Of a stretch of 64,000 nucleotides of DNA, positions 37,386-48,127 are shown piece by piece; position 1 is the first letter of the stretch, and each line of letters opens with the position of its first letter. The stretch covers positions 1-64,000 of the forward strand of contig JBDRRS010000012.1 in NCBI GenBank assembly GCA_043825615.1. Reading direction: 5' to 3'. The stretch comes from a bacterium. GTDB taxonomy: Bacteria > CG03. The notes below the pieces were generated by a model. It was not told where the DNA came from, did not search any database, and saw nothing but the letters and a program-made list of their open reading frames with translations. The position numbers and the translations under genes are program-made.

Positions 37386-38878
37386 TACTGAACAATACCA
37401 TATTTGAAATAAACTTTTTTAGTCAAAACCGATTTAAATCGTTTTACCAATATAACTGTCAAAATAATCAGAAAAGTAAAAAAAACAACACCTTGAAAAT
37501 AGATAGTATTGTTTACATTAAATATTTTTGGAATATTAATGAAAAAGAAATAATAAACACCTACCATACCGGCAGGCGCAGTAGTAGCAATTATTCTCTT
37601 TACTATTAAATACTTATTCAAATTCACATATCTATACGAAAGCATGGTTACACCAAGTCTATATATTATGAGTGAAATTATTGTACCAATAGCAACTCCT
37701 GCAAGGCCAAATGAGTGCTTAATCAAAAACATGCTAATAAAAACATTAATAACTACTGCAATGAATTGTATAACCAAAGAATACCATTGCCTATCTATCG
37801 TGTTCAATATTGAACCACCGGAAACAGAAGCGCCTATACAAAATATAGAGGCCGGCAAAATACCCGCTGAATACTTTTTTAGAAATATCGGCACAAGATA
37901 CGATATAAATAAAATTAGTACAACTGATAATATTGCGAACAGCACAGACATAACATATCCGGGGATAAACAAAAGAAAATCCAAACTATCCGCGCGTTTT
38001 GTTACGCCATATTTTTGATTCATACGCGGATAAACAATTTCACCTATTCCATTAGAAATTGAACTGTAAATTACTCCGACCATCAGCAATAAACTGTAAT
38101 AACCAAGTTGAGTTGTATCAAAATATTTCAGTATTATAATTCTATCTACAGTTGTTAATAATCCATACAAGAATCCCACCATCATGATAGGAAACCCAAT
38201 GCGGATAAGGCGGATACTTTTTGCAAATGAAATAATGGGCATAATTTTGTATCGGCCTATATATACCAAAACACTTATAGTTAATATTTCAGCAATAAAA
38301 ACAGTTATATATGGAGCCCTTGATTTCCATATAAAGGCACTAATGATAGCCAGCGTATTAATCATGATTGACAAAATAAAATTCACTTTCGAGAACGTGA
38401 CAAAACGCAAATCGGCAAATAATAGACGCACGAAATAATTATGAATCATAAGAAGCATAACATTTATTGAAGTCATAAAAATAGCAAATTTCATGAGTCC
38501 GGCAGACAAAGTCAAACTATACATTGCCATTAAGATAGCTATTAAAAATGGGACCGTAAAAATTTGGCCAAAACCTATATTCCTTATTTCTTCAATCTCT
38601 TTTAACTTTCCTTCTCCGCGCAATCGTGGTATTTCTCTGGATAAACCATTTTGTGTCCCAAATGTTGTGTATTGATGGTATAGTTGTAGAATTTCTATAC
38701 CCTTCCACGTTCCAAAATTTGTGGGTCCTAAAATTTTTGCAACGATAAATCCCTTCACGAAACCAAACATCATCCCAGAAATCGTTGCAAATGACATAGT
38801 ACTATAATCCAAAATCGCTTGACCATACGGCAAGAGAATTATTTTTTGTTTTATAATATTTTTGATTTTTTTCATCAA
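37385..38878 (-). CDS. Oligosaccharide flippase (Wzx, MOP superfamily)
   Basis: 497 aa with about 12-14 TM helices, the typical Wzx topology. Confidence 0.7.
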   Translation of the reverse strand: MMKKIKNIIKQKIILLPYGQAILDYSTMSFATISGMMFGFVKGFIVAKILGPTNFGTWKGIEILQLYHQYTTFGTQNGLSREIPRLRGEGKLKEIEEIRNIGFGQIFTVPFLIAILMAMYSLTLSAGLMKFAIFMTSINVMLLMIHNYFVRLLFADLRFVTFSKVNFILSIMINTLAIISAFIWKSRAPYITVFIAEILTISVLVYIGRYKIMPIISFAKSIRLIRIGFPIMMVGFLYGLLTTVDRIIILKYFDTTQLGYYSLLLMVGVIYSSISNGIGEIVYPRMNQKYGVTKRADSLDFLLFIPGYVMSVLFAILSVVLILFISYLVPIFLKKYSAGILPASIFCIGASVSGGSILNTIDRQWYSLVIQFIAVVINVFISMFLIKHSFGLAGVAIGTIISLIIYRLGVTMLSYRYVNLNKYLIVKRIIATTAPAGMVGVYYFFFINIPKIFNVNNTIYFQGVVFFTFLIILTVILVKRFKSVLTKKVYFKYGIVQ

Positions 38879-38888
38879 GCTTTAAACA

Positions 38889-40838
38889 CTAATATATAGA
38901 AAAAGAAATTGAACCGTTAAGTTTCAACGGAAATTTCGCTGTTTCATCGGTTTCAGCGATAGAATGATAAATCCTTAAAAAATAAGTATCATCAATTTTC
39001 TGAAACTTTACCATCGGCACACAATACATCTCTGTCTTATCCGAGTAAATTCTGATACTCTTTTGATTATCTCCAAATTCGGTCCAGCCTTCCGTTGAAC
39101 CAAGACAATGAGATGAAGATATTAAACTGTTCACTTCTTTCAGATGGTCAACATTCTCTTCTATGTTAAAACTTTCAGGCTCAAATCCGCCGTTTACCGT
39201 CTTATAATAGAGAGATTTTTCATCAAACGAGTATGGCATAAACGTCACAATGCCCATTTTAACGGAAGCCGGCGTTTTAATTACAAGTTTAAATTTATAA
39301 TTTATATCCACTCTGCTGAGCTTTTTGTATATTTTTATTTCCTTTTCAATATCCCCTGCTAAAGTTTTTATATTAGCTTTGATCGATATAAAATCAGCCA
39401 TATCCCTAAACACAGGCTTTACACACAGCAAATCCGTAATTTTTGGTTTTCCCTGAAATTCAATTATTGTGTGCCCCGTATAAAAATCAGCGGCGTATGA
39501 TATATCATCATAATAACCGTGATACAGCGTTCCTATCAACGGCTCTGAAGAAACTTTTTTAAAAAAAAGTTTATGTATCGCAAGCCCCCTATCTCTGTTA
39601 AGCGTTATTTTTACCTGCGGCGTGTCTATATCCATGAGATTATTTCTTTCCGTTATTTTGTTTGACTTTTTTTCATACACGCATTTTTTTTCTTTCAATA
39701 TTCCCTTTTTATCCCCTGCCCCTGATTCCTTTAACGCTGTATCTAATTCTTTTCTGTATTTTTGAAATCTTTTTTCATCAATGTGCGTCCGAAAATCACT
39801 GCTCCAAAGATAACAAAGTTTTTCCCACAAAAAATCTGTTTTTTCAGTACGCTGTTTGCCGTTTTTAAGAGCCTCATATATCTGCCAGCATTTCGTATTT
39901 ATTTTTGTGTCGTCCCTGCCTGTTACCGCCCATCTTGTAATATTATATTTCCCCTGTTTCTTCACCGGAATCGGACAATCCGTAGATTCAAGTTTTAATT
40001 TATGCCCTGACAAAGATTTTGCGCTAAAACTCAGCGCTTCCGACGGACATATCAGGTTAAATCTTTTATCTTCCTTTAACCTGCCAAACAGTTTGGAAAT
40101 TCTGTTCCATTCGCCGCCACGACCAAGCTTCGCCTCCGTAAAAAATCGCCCCGGCCTGTAATCAAATATTTCAGCGTCATTTCCATAAAGCGCCAAAATT
40201 CTTTTTTCCCCGCTGATTTCCGAATGCAAATACTTAAAATATGTTTCCATATCCGTTTCTCTGTGAACATATCTTTGGAATTTTTGAAATGCTATGGCAT
40301 TGTTCCATATCACTGAAATTTTATTACCTTGATTATCCACAGCATACTGCGGATAAAACTGCCATTCCCTTTTCCATTCAGGATGAAATTTATACGGGTT
40401 GTTCCACTCCATTATTATCGCTTTATACCCCGCTTTAAGATAATGCGTTATTATTCCTGAAGAATACGCCTGTTCGTTTACCAAAGCAATCTTCGGCTTA
40501 ACTCCCAATATTTTTTGATATGTTTCCATTCCAAAACGCTGATTCTTTTCATTGACTTCCGCCGGAACAAGCGGCCCGATTATCTGCATATAACCGCTTC
40601 CTATCAGTTCGCATTTTTTCTTACGCAGTAGTCTGCGAAAAACATTCACCCACTTTTTATCCAGTTTATTTACAACTTCCAGCGACGCGCCGGATATTTC
40701 GATACCTACGGGCACATCAAACTTTTCAGCCAATTTAAGTATGGGACAATAACATTTCTCAATTACTGTTTTTCTCTTATTTTTCGGAATGGAGGAATAA
40801 AACATATTCAGATGAAATAGCGAATACAAAGATAGCAT
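38889..40838 (-). CDS. Hypothetical protein, tentatively a GH57-like glycoside hydrolase or deacetylase fold
   Basis: 649 aa with weak resemblance to GH57 N-terminal regions; low confidence. Confidence 0.3.
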   Translation of the reverse strand: MLSLYSLFHLNMFYSSIPKNKRKTVIEKCYCPILKLAEKFDVPVGIEISGASLEVVNKLDKKWVNVFRRLLRKKKCELIGSGYMQIIGPLVPAEVNEKNQRFGMETYQKILGVKPKIALVNEQAYSSGIITHYLKAGYKAIIMEWNNPYKFHPEWKREWQFYPQYAVDNQGNKISVIWNNAIAFQKFQRYVHRETDMETYFKYLHSEISGEKRILALYGNDAEIFDYRPGRFFTEAKLGRGGEWNRISKLFGRLKEDKRFNLICPSEALSFSAKSLSGHKLKLESTDCPIPVKKQGKYNITRWAVTGRDDTKINTKCWQIYEALKNGKQRTEKTDFLWEKLCYLWSSDFRTHIDEKRFQKYRKELDTALKESGAGDKKGILKEKKCVYEKKSNKITERNNLMDIDTPQVKITLNRDRGLAIHKLFFKKVSSEPLIGTLYHGYYDDISYAADFYTGHTIIEFQGKPKITDLLCVKPVFRDMADFISIKANIKTLAGDIEKEIKIYKKLSRVDINYKFKLVIKTPASVKMGIVTFMPYSFDEKSLYYKTVNGGFEPESFNIEENVDHLKEVNSLISSSHCLGSTEGWTEFGDNQKSIRIYSDKTEMYCVPMVKFQKIDDTYFLRIYHSIAETDETAKFPLKLNGSISFSIY

Positions 40839-40843
40839 AACAG

Positions 40844-42061
40844 TTATTTCATCTTCACTTTAATCAAATTAATTATTCGATTTGCCCGGCTTACTGCCTG
40901 CTGACGGGTTTTTCCGCAAACCAACACAGTACCTTTGCGCATAGTATGATTTTCAATATTAAATATTTTTTCTCCAACTTTTAAATTCACATCGTAATAT
41001 TTTACCCAATCCGGTAAAGTATCCCGTTTAGGGCAATTAATACTCTTTACAACACCGCTATCCACGAATAAAAACCTATTTGACTGATATACTTTATGTT
41101 GTAACTGTTTCGGAGGCGAGACTTCCTCCGCTAAAGAAATCGATATAGCGGCTTTAACTAAATTTATCCCATAAACCAGAGGTATTGTTATTGTTGAAAA
41201 AAAACCACCACTTAATCTTATCGCAACTTCAATGATATACGGCTGCCCGTTCTTAATAACAATATCCCCTTTCAAAACGCCATTTCTTATACCTATGGCT
41301 TTGGCAGCTGCATCTAAAATATTATTAAGTTTGCTTTTAATTTTAGAATAATATTTACTTGGCGTCTCCCCTCCGTTCTCTACCACAAACGGGTACGTTT
41401 TATCCAACATGGAATAATTCCTATCCGCAACGCCGCACAAATATGTTTTGCCGTTTAGCACCAGCGACTCCGTACTGATTTGCTGCCCAGACAACCATTC
41501 TTCTAAAATTAATTTCCCAAGTTTCGAAAATTGCTTTGAATACTCATATGCCCATGATAAATCCGAATCTTTATTAACTCTCACTACACCGCGAGCCCCC
41601 CGGCTGTCTATGGGTTTCAAAACAGATTCTTTGAAATATTTAATTTTATTTTTCAATTCTTCTTCTGAATTAATATCGGTGAATCCCCCAATCGGCAGAC
41701 CTTCTTCTTTAAAACATTTTTTCATTTTGTATTTATCGGTTGAAAGAACGGCCTGTTCCATACCAGGCGATGGTAATTTAAGGTATTCAGCAACTCTCGC
41801 TACAGATCTAACAGCATCACTCGCTATAGTTATTACCCCATTAATTTTATCCTTATCTCGATATGCCGCAACAGCTTCTAGTACTTCTTCTGGGTCATAT
41901 ATGCTGGCATGTATAAAATCATCTCCTATGTAATTTGCTGGAGCATTTACATTTCCGTCGCAAATAATCACCCTCAAACCCATTTCTTTGGCAACTGTTA
42001 TACCCTCAATAGCTTCTTGGCCGCCCGAAAGTACTAAAAGCGTCTTGCTTATCTGACCCAT
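40844..42061 (-). CDS. ATP-grasp domain ligase
   Basis: 405 aa with an ATP-grasp central domain (...VLKPIDSRGARGV...). Confidence 0.7.
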   Translation of the reverse strand: MGQISKTLLVLSGGQEAIEGITVAKEMGLRVIICDGNVNAPANYIGDDFIHASIYDPEEVLEAVAAYRDKDKINGVITIASDAVRSVARVAEYLKLPSPGMEQAVLSTDKYKMKKCFKEEGLPIGGFTDINSEEELKNKIKYFKESVLKPIDSRGARGVVRVNKDSDLSWAYEYSKQFSKLGKLILEEWLSGQQISTESLVLNGKTYLCGVADRNYSMLDKTYPFVVENGGETPSKYYSKIKSKLNNILDAAAKAIGIRNGVLKGDIVIKNGQPYIIEVAIRLSGGFFSTITIPLVYGINLVKAAISISLAEEVSPPKQLQHKVYQSNRFLFVDSGVVKSINCPKRDTLPDWVKYYDVNLKVGEKIFNIENHTMRKGTVLVCGKTRQQAVSRANRIINLIKVKMK

Positions 42062-42780
42062 GCTCCCCCGTTTACACTCAAAGTTTGAGCCGTCATATAC
42101 GACGATTCATCCGATGCTAAAAATATGGCGGCGCCAACCATTTCTTCATATCTTGCAAATCTCTTTATCAGCATTAAGGACAGCGCTGTCTCGCGCACTT
42201 CCGGAGCCATTGTCTTTTCAGTCAATTCTCCGGCGATCACACCCGGAGAAAGCGTATTAACACATATATTGCGCGACCCGAGAAAACGGGCAAGATTATG
42301 CGTCAACGCCATAACCCCCATTTTCGCGCAGGCGTATGAAGGAGTCCTCGGTCCGCCATATTCACCCGAGAGAGAACCGATGTTAATAATGCGCCCATAA
42401 TCCGTAATAAACGGCAAAACTTCTTGACAGCATCGGAATACACCCGTTAAATCGACATCTATAACTTCTTTCCATTCTTCATCTGTTTGCTTGTCAAAAT
42501 CAGCAGTTCTATTAATACCCGCGTTATTGACCAAAACATTAATATGCCCATACCGTTCCGCTACTTTCCTAAATGCCTCACGAACACTTCCGCGATCACG
42601 CACATCCAGAGGAAGAACTAATTCTGTGTTTAACTTCTTTGCCAACTCTTTTGCTTTTTGCTTCTGTGAAACATAAGTAATTACTACTTTTGCTCCTTCT
42701 TTTGCAAAACCCGCGGTTATGGCAGCCCCAATTCCCCTGCTTGAACCCGTCACAATGCACACTTTATCTTTTAAACGCAT
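42049..42780 (-). CDS. SDR-family oxidoreductase (FabG-like)
   Basis: TGSSRGIG cofactor motif and a YxxxK catalytic pair. Confidence 0.85.
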   Translation of the reverse strand: MRLKDKVCIVTGSSRGIGAAITAGFAKEGAKVVITYVSQKQKAKELAKKLNTELVLPLDVRDRGSVREAFRKVAERYGHINVLVNNAGINRTADFDKQTDEEWKEVIDVDLTGVFRCCQEVLPFITDYGRIINIGSLSGEYGGPRTPSYACAKMGVMALTHNLARFLGSRNICVNTLSPGVIAGELTEKTMAPEVRETALSLMLIKRFARYEEMVGAAIFLASDESSYMTAQTLSVNGGAWVR

Positions 42781-42791
42781 TATTCAACTCC

Positions 42792-43466
42792 TTAATCTAT
42801 TGACTCATATAATTCTCTCACGCTGACCGATAATTGTTTCCAACTATCCAAAAATTCCTTTTCGCCTAACTGAAAAAGCGGATTATTATAAACCTTCTCC
42901 CAACATGACGGCGGAACCGTTATTGCATCAGAACCGGCGATAATAGCGTCGATGAGATAATTAGGATCCCTTATTGATGCTGATAATAACTTCGTCGGGC
43001 TTTCCATTTTGACTATTGCCTGTTTCATCTGTGAAATAGCCTCAATATTACTTAAACCAAAATCTTCAACTCGCCCGATAAACAGACTCACATAATCCAC
43101 GCCCAGCTTGATAAACGGAATCGCCTGAGAAGGATGAAAAATCAATGTCACATTCATTTTGAGACCGGCGGCTTTCATATCCTGAGCGGCAAGAAGTCCC
43201 TGTACTGAAGCAGGAACCTTAATAACAATATTATCAGCTAATTTATTGAGTTTCATTGCTTGCTTTACCATACCTGCAGGATCAGGATGGGTCACTTCAA
43301 CGGAAATTGGACCGGAAACTAATGAAGCAATTTTTTTTATCTGCTCAACCGGCTCATTTCCCTCTTTTGCCAGTAATGCGGGATTAGTTGTAATCCCGTC
43401 GACAAGACCTAAAGGATTGTACTCCTTAATGTCTTCAATTGATGCCGTGTCTAGAAAATATTCCAC
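42792..43466 (-). CDS. Fructose-6-phosphate aldolase / transaldolase family protein (short form)
   Basis: 224 aa; MEYFLDTASIEDIKE...GVDGITTNP... is the Tal/FSA signature. Confidence 0.8.
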   Translation of the reverse strand: MEYFLDTASIEDIKEYNPLGLVDGITTNPALLAKEGNEPVEQIKKIASLVSGPISVEVTHPDPAGMVKQAMKLNKLADNIVIKVPASVQGLLAAQDMKAAGLKMNVTLIFHPSQAIPFIKLGVDYVSLFIGRVEDFGLSNIEAISQMKQAIVKMESPTKLLSASIRDPNYLIDAIIAGSDAITVPPSCWEKVYNNPLFQLGEKEFLDSWKQLSVSVRELYESID

Positions 43467-43525
43467 AAACCCTCCTTAATTCCGGTATTTCATAATTTTC
43501 GGAATCCAACACAAAATCTCACAAT

Positions 43526-44737
43526 TTACAAAATCTCAATTTCTGATTCGACTTTTTTCAAACTATCCAAAGCATTTTTATAGTTATCCCCCCTTACAAA
43601 CACACTCGCCACGCCGGATAAAGCACTTTTCGATTCAGCAGATTTAATATTATTCATATAAATAAACCAAGAAAACAAACCTTCTAATTTTTCGGGGTCA
43701 CTCTTAAAGCGAATTGCCTTGATATCCCGTTTTTTACTCAATATAACTTTGCACAGAGCCACTTTTGTTCTAGTGGGTTTTACATATGCTATATCGGGCT
43801 CGTCACCGACAATGCATTGTATCATAAAGTTGAAAGGTTTAATGCCCGTAGCTTCGGGAAATATTTGTAGTGACCCGTTTGGCCCGTGTAGCCGGGGAGC
43901 TATTTCAATAATTTTCAAGTCTCCTTCGCGGGTCAAAATAAAATCACCCCCTATCGGACCCCATTCTATACCCATGGCTTTAGCCGCTGTTTCGAGCAAA
44001 CTATAAACATTCTCGATTACCGCAGGGCTTTGCAAAGAAGGGCATATATTAAAATTCTCTACTGGATTATATTGCCTATATTCCTCCGTATCATTGGAAA
44101 AAAAACTGTCAGCAGTTCCACCGCGATGAAATTTGCCATCGCTGAATATCCCCTGAGCGTCAATAAAAGTTCCTGACAAGCACTCTTCCAATATTAGAAC
44201 GGGAAATTTGCTAACCTGCCTAACTTCAGTATATGCTTTTTCAATGCCACTTAGATTCTCAATCTTTTTTATACCTCTTCCCCCGCAACTATCAACAGCT
44301 TTCATAAACATATGCCCTCTGCCCAACTTTTTATAGGCTTTTTCAGCAGCCTTTAAAGAAGCTATTTCAAAATAGTCAGCTGTAGGCAAATTGTGTTTTT
44401 TAAAATTTCTTTTCATCAGGACTTTATTATCACAATTCATTACAACTTCAATGGAAATTGTCGGCAATGCCGTAGCCGAAGCCACAATAGCGACTGTGGG
44501 CGCCTGATTAATGAGCGTAAAGATACCGGATATATTCAGATGATCCTTGTTGAGCAATATCCATGCTATAAGACTTTGCACATCACGCGCATCTATATTA
44601 ACAGGAACATCTGCTTTTTCAAATGCGGGGGCTTTACCATTCATATCTGTTACAATAACCCTGTATCCCATATCTTGAATAATTCCGACGGCCTTACTTT
44701 CCTGAATCCCACCACCGACCATTACAACAGACTTCAT
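43526..44737 (-). CDS. ATP-grasp domain ligase
   Basis: 403 aa with an ATP-grasp fold (...FMKAVDSCGGRGI...). Confidence 0.7.
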   Translation of the reverse strand: MKSVVMVGGGIQESKAVGIIQDMGYRVIVTDMNGKAPAFEKADVPVNIDARDVQSLIAWILLNKDHLNISGIFTLINQAPTVAIVASATALPTISIEVVMNCDNKVLMKRNFKKHNLPTADYFEIASLKAAEKAYKKLGRGHMFMKAVDSCGGRGIKKIENLSGIEKAYTEVRQVSKFPVLILEECLSGTFIDAQGIFSDGKFHRGGTADSFFSNDTEEYRQYNPVENFNICPSLQSPAVIENVYSLLETAAKAMGIEWGPIGGDFILTREGDLKIIEIAPRLHGPNGSLQIFPEATGIKPFNFMIQCIVGDEPDIAYVKPTRTKVALCKVILSKKRDIKAIRFKSDPEKLEGLFSWFIYMNNIKSAESKSALSGVASVFVRGDNYKNALDSLKKVESEIEIL

Positions 44738-45981
44738 GACGCTTTCCCAGCGGTATTCATTTTTGCTTCTAATTTCCTCACTTCATTCTCCGCAGCAAGT
44801 AATGCTTTCTTACGAGATGGGCCTTTAGTTATAACCCATGCCACGACATCCGCCAACGATTTCGGAGAACAAACAATAGCTCCCGATGTTTTATTCCATT
44901 CACATATGATATCTTTCCCTATATTCAAACCTCTTGTATATAATGCAAGTTCACGTAACAACATCTTTTTGTTAGCAAACATAAAATGCAGAGCGCAAGC
45001 CTCTTTAAAATTAAAATCAGTATCCATGTTTTTTTTACCGATGGCAATGTTAATAAGAATATCATAAATATCAACATTAAGGGATCTGAATAATCTATCC
45101 AATTTCGCATCCATTAACATCCCAGCTTCCAACACATATAAAACCTTATCCTTTGTCAGAATAAGGTCTACGCTAAATAGATAATTATTTATTCCTAATG
45201 CTCGCACTGTTTTTGCAACAAGTCTCTTGATTCTCACATAGTCTCTATTCTTTTTACCCGTTTTATTCCTAATTCCCGCAACAAACCCAGAAGTAATAAA
45301 CGACTTTTTTCGACCAAGATTAAACTTGTCAATAATATCAACGATAAATACTTCCCCGTCATCAACGTAACCCGAAATATTCAATTGTTTGCCACGAATA
45401 TATTCCTCTATAATTAAAGGTTTTTTAAATTTGTATTTTCTCATATACTCCGCCATATCCTTACTCTTCCCAAAAAAATACACCCCTGCCGAACCCACTG
45501 AGTCTACAGCGGGTTTAACAACAACGGGAAATTTAAATTTATAATCTTTCATTGCGGATATTTCATCTTTATTCCGCAGCATAATATATTTAGGCGTAGG
45601 AATATGAGAATCAACTAAAATATTTTTCATCTTTTGCTTATTCGTAGTATTCTGCACCGCTTTAACAGAAAAGGATTTTATATTGAATTCTTTTGCAGCA
45701 AGAGCACACGTTTTAAGAGCCGCAGTAGACGATGAATAAGTTATAATACCCACCAAATTATATTGCTTTCGAAAATTACGTATTTCCTTTATTATTGATT
45801 CCGTATCATATATGCTTAATTCAATAAAAACATCCGCATACTTGCTACAAAACGCTTTTTTATTTTGGTCAAATACAAAAGCACATAAACATTTTTTCTT
45901 TGCGGTTAATACAAAATCAAGGTGTGATTTACTGCCACCAAGAATTATTAATACATTTAGTTTAGATTTATTTCTGCTCAT
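44734..45981 (-). CDS. ATP-grasp domain ligase
   Basis: 415 aa with ...FPVVVKPAVDSVGSAGVYF... Confidence 0.7.
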   Translation of the reverse strand: MSRNKSKLNVLIILGGSKSHLDFVLTAKKKCLCAFVFDQNKKAFCSKYADVFIELSIYDTESIIKEIRNFRKQYNLVGIITYSSSTAALKTCALAAKEFNIKSFSVKAVQNTTNKQKMKNILVDSHIPTPKYIMLRNKDEISAMKDYKFKFPVVVKPAVDSVGSAGVYFFGKSKDMAEYMRKYKFKKPLIIEEYIRGKQLNISGYVDDGEVFIVDIIDKFNLGRKKSFITSGFVAGIRNKTGKKNRDYVRIKRLVAKTVRALGINNYLFSVDLILTKDKVLYVLEAGMLMDAKLDRLFRSLNVDIYDILINIAIGKKNMDTDFNFKEACALHFMFANKKMLLRELALYTRGLNIGKDIICEWNKTSGAIVCSPKSLADVVAWVITKGPSRKKALLAAENEVRKLEAKMNTAGKAS

Positions 45982-46037
45982 AATGCCCTAAATAATTTTC
46001 ATATCTTTCCTTAACTATCATTTTATTTTCTTCGCTA

Positions 46038-47216
46038 TTAATCTTTTACGCAAACAAAAGCTACTGCATTTCTGGCTTTATCTAAATCACTGTAAACGCC
46101 GCGCGAAACGCCAAAGGATTTAACAATTCTAAATTGTTTCGACAATATTTTTTTTAGCCCCCCTGTCGTATATTCTCTATAATGTCCCGCATAATTTTCC
46201 GTTGCTTTAACCAACGGCTCATTATTATAAATAAATGGCCGCCTCATTCTCAGAGGAGCTTCTATAAAGAGAATTCCGTGTGCACATAACACTCGCGCGA
46301 GTTCTTTTAAGAAGAGACTATCTTTTTTTATATGTTCTATAGTATGAACTGACACCACCCTATCAAACAAATTTGACCCAAATCCTGTCTTAACAGCGTC
46401 GCTGGTTACATATTTCAAATTAGCCATTGAGTATTTTTTTTTAGCATATTCTATATATTCTTCCGAAATATCCACTCCTATGGCTTCCTTGCATTTTTTT
46501 GCCAAAATCGCTGTCCCATTACCCCACCCGCATGCCAAATCAAGAACACTATCGGAAGAATTGATATAATTCAAAGCATAAGCATATTCATGATAATAAA
46601 AATTTTTACCATAGTTCCATGCCACAGGAGCTGTTTCTACCATCTTTTTTCTTAACTGATAAAAATATCTATTTGAATAAATTGGAACATCATTATACGT
46701 TTCTGTTTTCCAAAGTTTTTTGGAATTTTCTTCCAAATAAAACCAAGGGCGAAATGCATATAATTTTTTAGTATCCGGTTCTTTTTGAAATATTGTTAAA
46801 AGAGCCGATATTGCTTTTTGTGAAACGACATCTGCTCCAAACTTAATATCGAAATCATAGGGTAATTTTAAATAATCAGCATTTGACTTTTCCATATGTT
46901 GCACCATACCAGCAATAAGAGGTACGTCCACATAAAACCAATCTATAAGTATCCTTACCACAATATCAGCACGATATTTTTGCAACACCTGATTCATTCT
47001 TTCAACTAAATTATTAGCGGATCCATAAAATATTTCCAAATTCCATTTCCTTGCAAAACCTTCAAGAATTCTATTCTCAGGTAAATCCGCTACAGCAAGC
47101 ACAATATCGCTGAAAATCCCTGAATTCTTAATTTTCCTGACAGAATAAAAGGCCTCATCTGTACTCCTGCCCTTTAGATCCGTATAATGGCACTGAATAA
47201 AACAAACCGATTTCAA
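46038..47216 (-). CDS. Two-domain protein: N-terminal cytidylyltransferase-like or unknown domain plus C-terminal class I SAM methyltransferase
   Basis: C-terminal VLDLACGWGNGT motif I; the N-terminal domain assignment is uncertain. Confidence 0.55.
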   Translation of the reverse strand: MKSVCFIQCHYTDLKGRSTDEAFYSVRKIKNSGIFSDIVLAVADLPENRILEGFARKWNLEIFYGSANNLVERMNQVLQKYRADIVVRILIDWFYVDVPLIAGMVQHMEKSNADYLKLPYDFDIKFGADVVSQKAISALLTIFQKEPDTKKLYAFRPWFYLEENSKKLWKTETYNDVPIYSNRYFYQLRKKMVETAPVAWNYGKNFYYHEYAYALNYINSSDSVLDLACGWGNGTAILAKKCKEAIGVDISEEYIEYAKKKYSMANLKYVTSDAVKTGFGSNLFDRVVSVHTIEHIKKDSLFLKELARVLCAHGILFIEAPLRMRRPFIYNNEPLVKATENYAGHYREYTTGGLKKILSKQFRIVKSFGVSRGVYSDLDKARNAVAFVCVKD

Positions 47217-48115
47217 ATTTTAATCCTCCTTTTAGCATAAATTATTGATTCCCTTCCAAGTCCTTCGTCAGCCAAAAAGCTATAAAATTTTTGTCTAAAT
47301 TTAGACATCCCCCTTTTAGATAAAATAATGTCCCAATTTTTTCTTTTCTTATGGCACTCTCTGCCAACGTCGTCATTACCAACATAATTCTCGCCCATAA
47401 TCAAAAACAATTCCATCGGAAACATTACATCTTTTTTAACTATGTCAAACCCATTACGTTCAACAAGACAAGAAATCATTTGTTGATTGAAATAATTAAT
47501 ATGAACTTTCGGAGAGAGCCAATATGGCGAAAAACCCTCTTTGAGAAGAAGTTTCTGAAAAGGATTATAATCATTTGGAACGCAAATACATAAAATCCCG
47601 TTAGGCTTAAGTAATTTCCAACTTTCCTGTAAAATTGCATCAGGACATGGCACATGTTCCATTACTTCTGATAAATGTACTACATCAAATGGCGCATAAC
47701 GACATAAATCGACCTCACCAAAAAGACCATTGATAACCTTTATTCCCATTTTTTTTGAATAAGAACAAGCTTTTTTGCCGGGCTCCACACCCAAAACATC
47801 CCAGCCTTTTTTTTTGCCATAATTTAAAAAATGCCCCAAACCACTCCCTATATCAAGAATATTGGGCTTTTTTTTCTTCGGGAAAAATTTTCTAAAATTC
47901 TCATACCTGTCAGAATAAATGAGATTCCACCATTCTAAGTCTTCACTGAATCTATCAGTATAAAGCGGCCTTTCTTCAATAAACTCATTCTGATAATATT
48001 TTTTCAATTTCTCATTAGAGGGATACGGTAAAATATGAATAAAACCGCAGGTTTTGCAGTCAATTATCCTGTATTTCCCTTTCTTATCAATAACTTTCCC
48101 TATATGCTTTTTCAT
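47213..48115 (-). CDS. Class I SAM-dependent methyltransferase with an N-terminal Zn-ribbon-like CxxC motif
   Basis: ILDIGSGLGHF motif I, preceded by CKTCGF. Confidence 0.7.
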   Translation of the reverse strand: MKKHIGKVIDKKGKYRIIDCKTCGFIHILPYPSNEKLKKYYQNEFIEERPLYTDRFSEDLEWWNLIYSDRYENFRKFFPKKKKPNILDIGSGLGHFLNYGKKKGWDVLGVEPGKKACSYSKKMGIKVINGLFGEVDLCRYAPFDVVHLSEVMEHVPCPDAILQESWKLLKPNGILCICVPNDYNPFQKLLLKEGFSPYWLSPKVHINYFNQQMISCLVERNGFDIVKKDVMFPMELFLIMGENYVGNDDVGRECHKKRKNWDIILSKRGMSKFRQKFYSFLADEGLGRESIIYAKRRIKI

Positions 48116-48127
48116 AATTACCTCTCC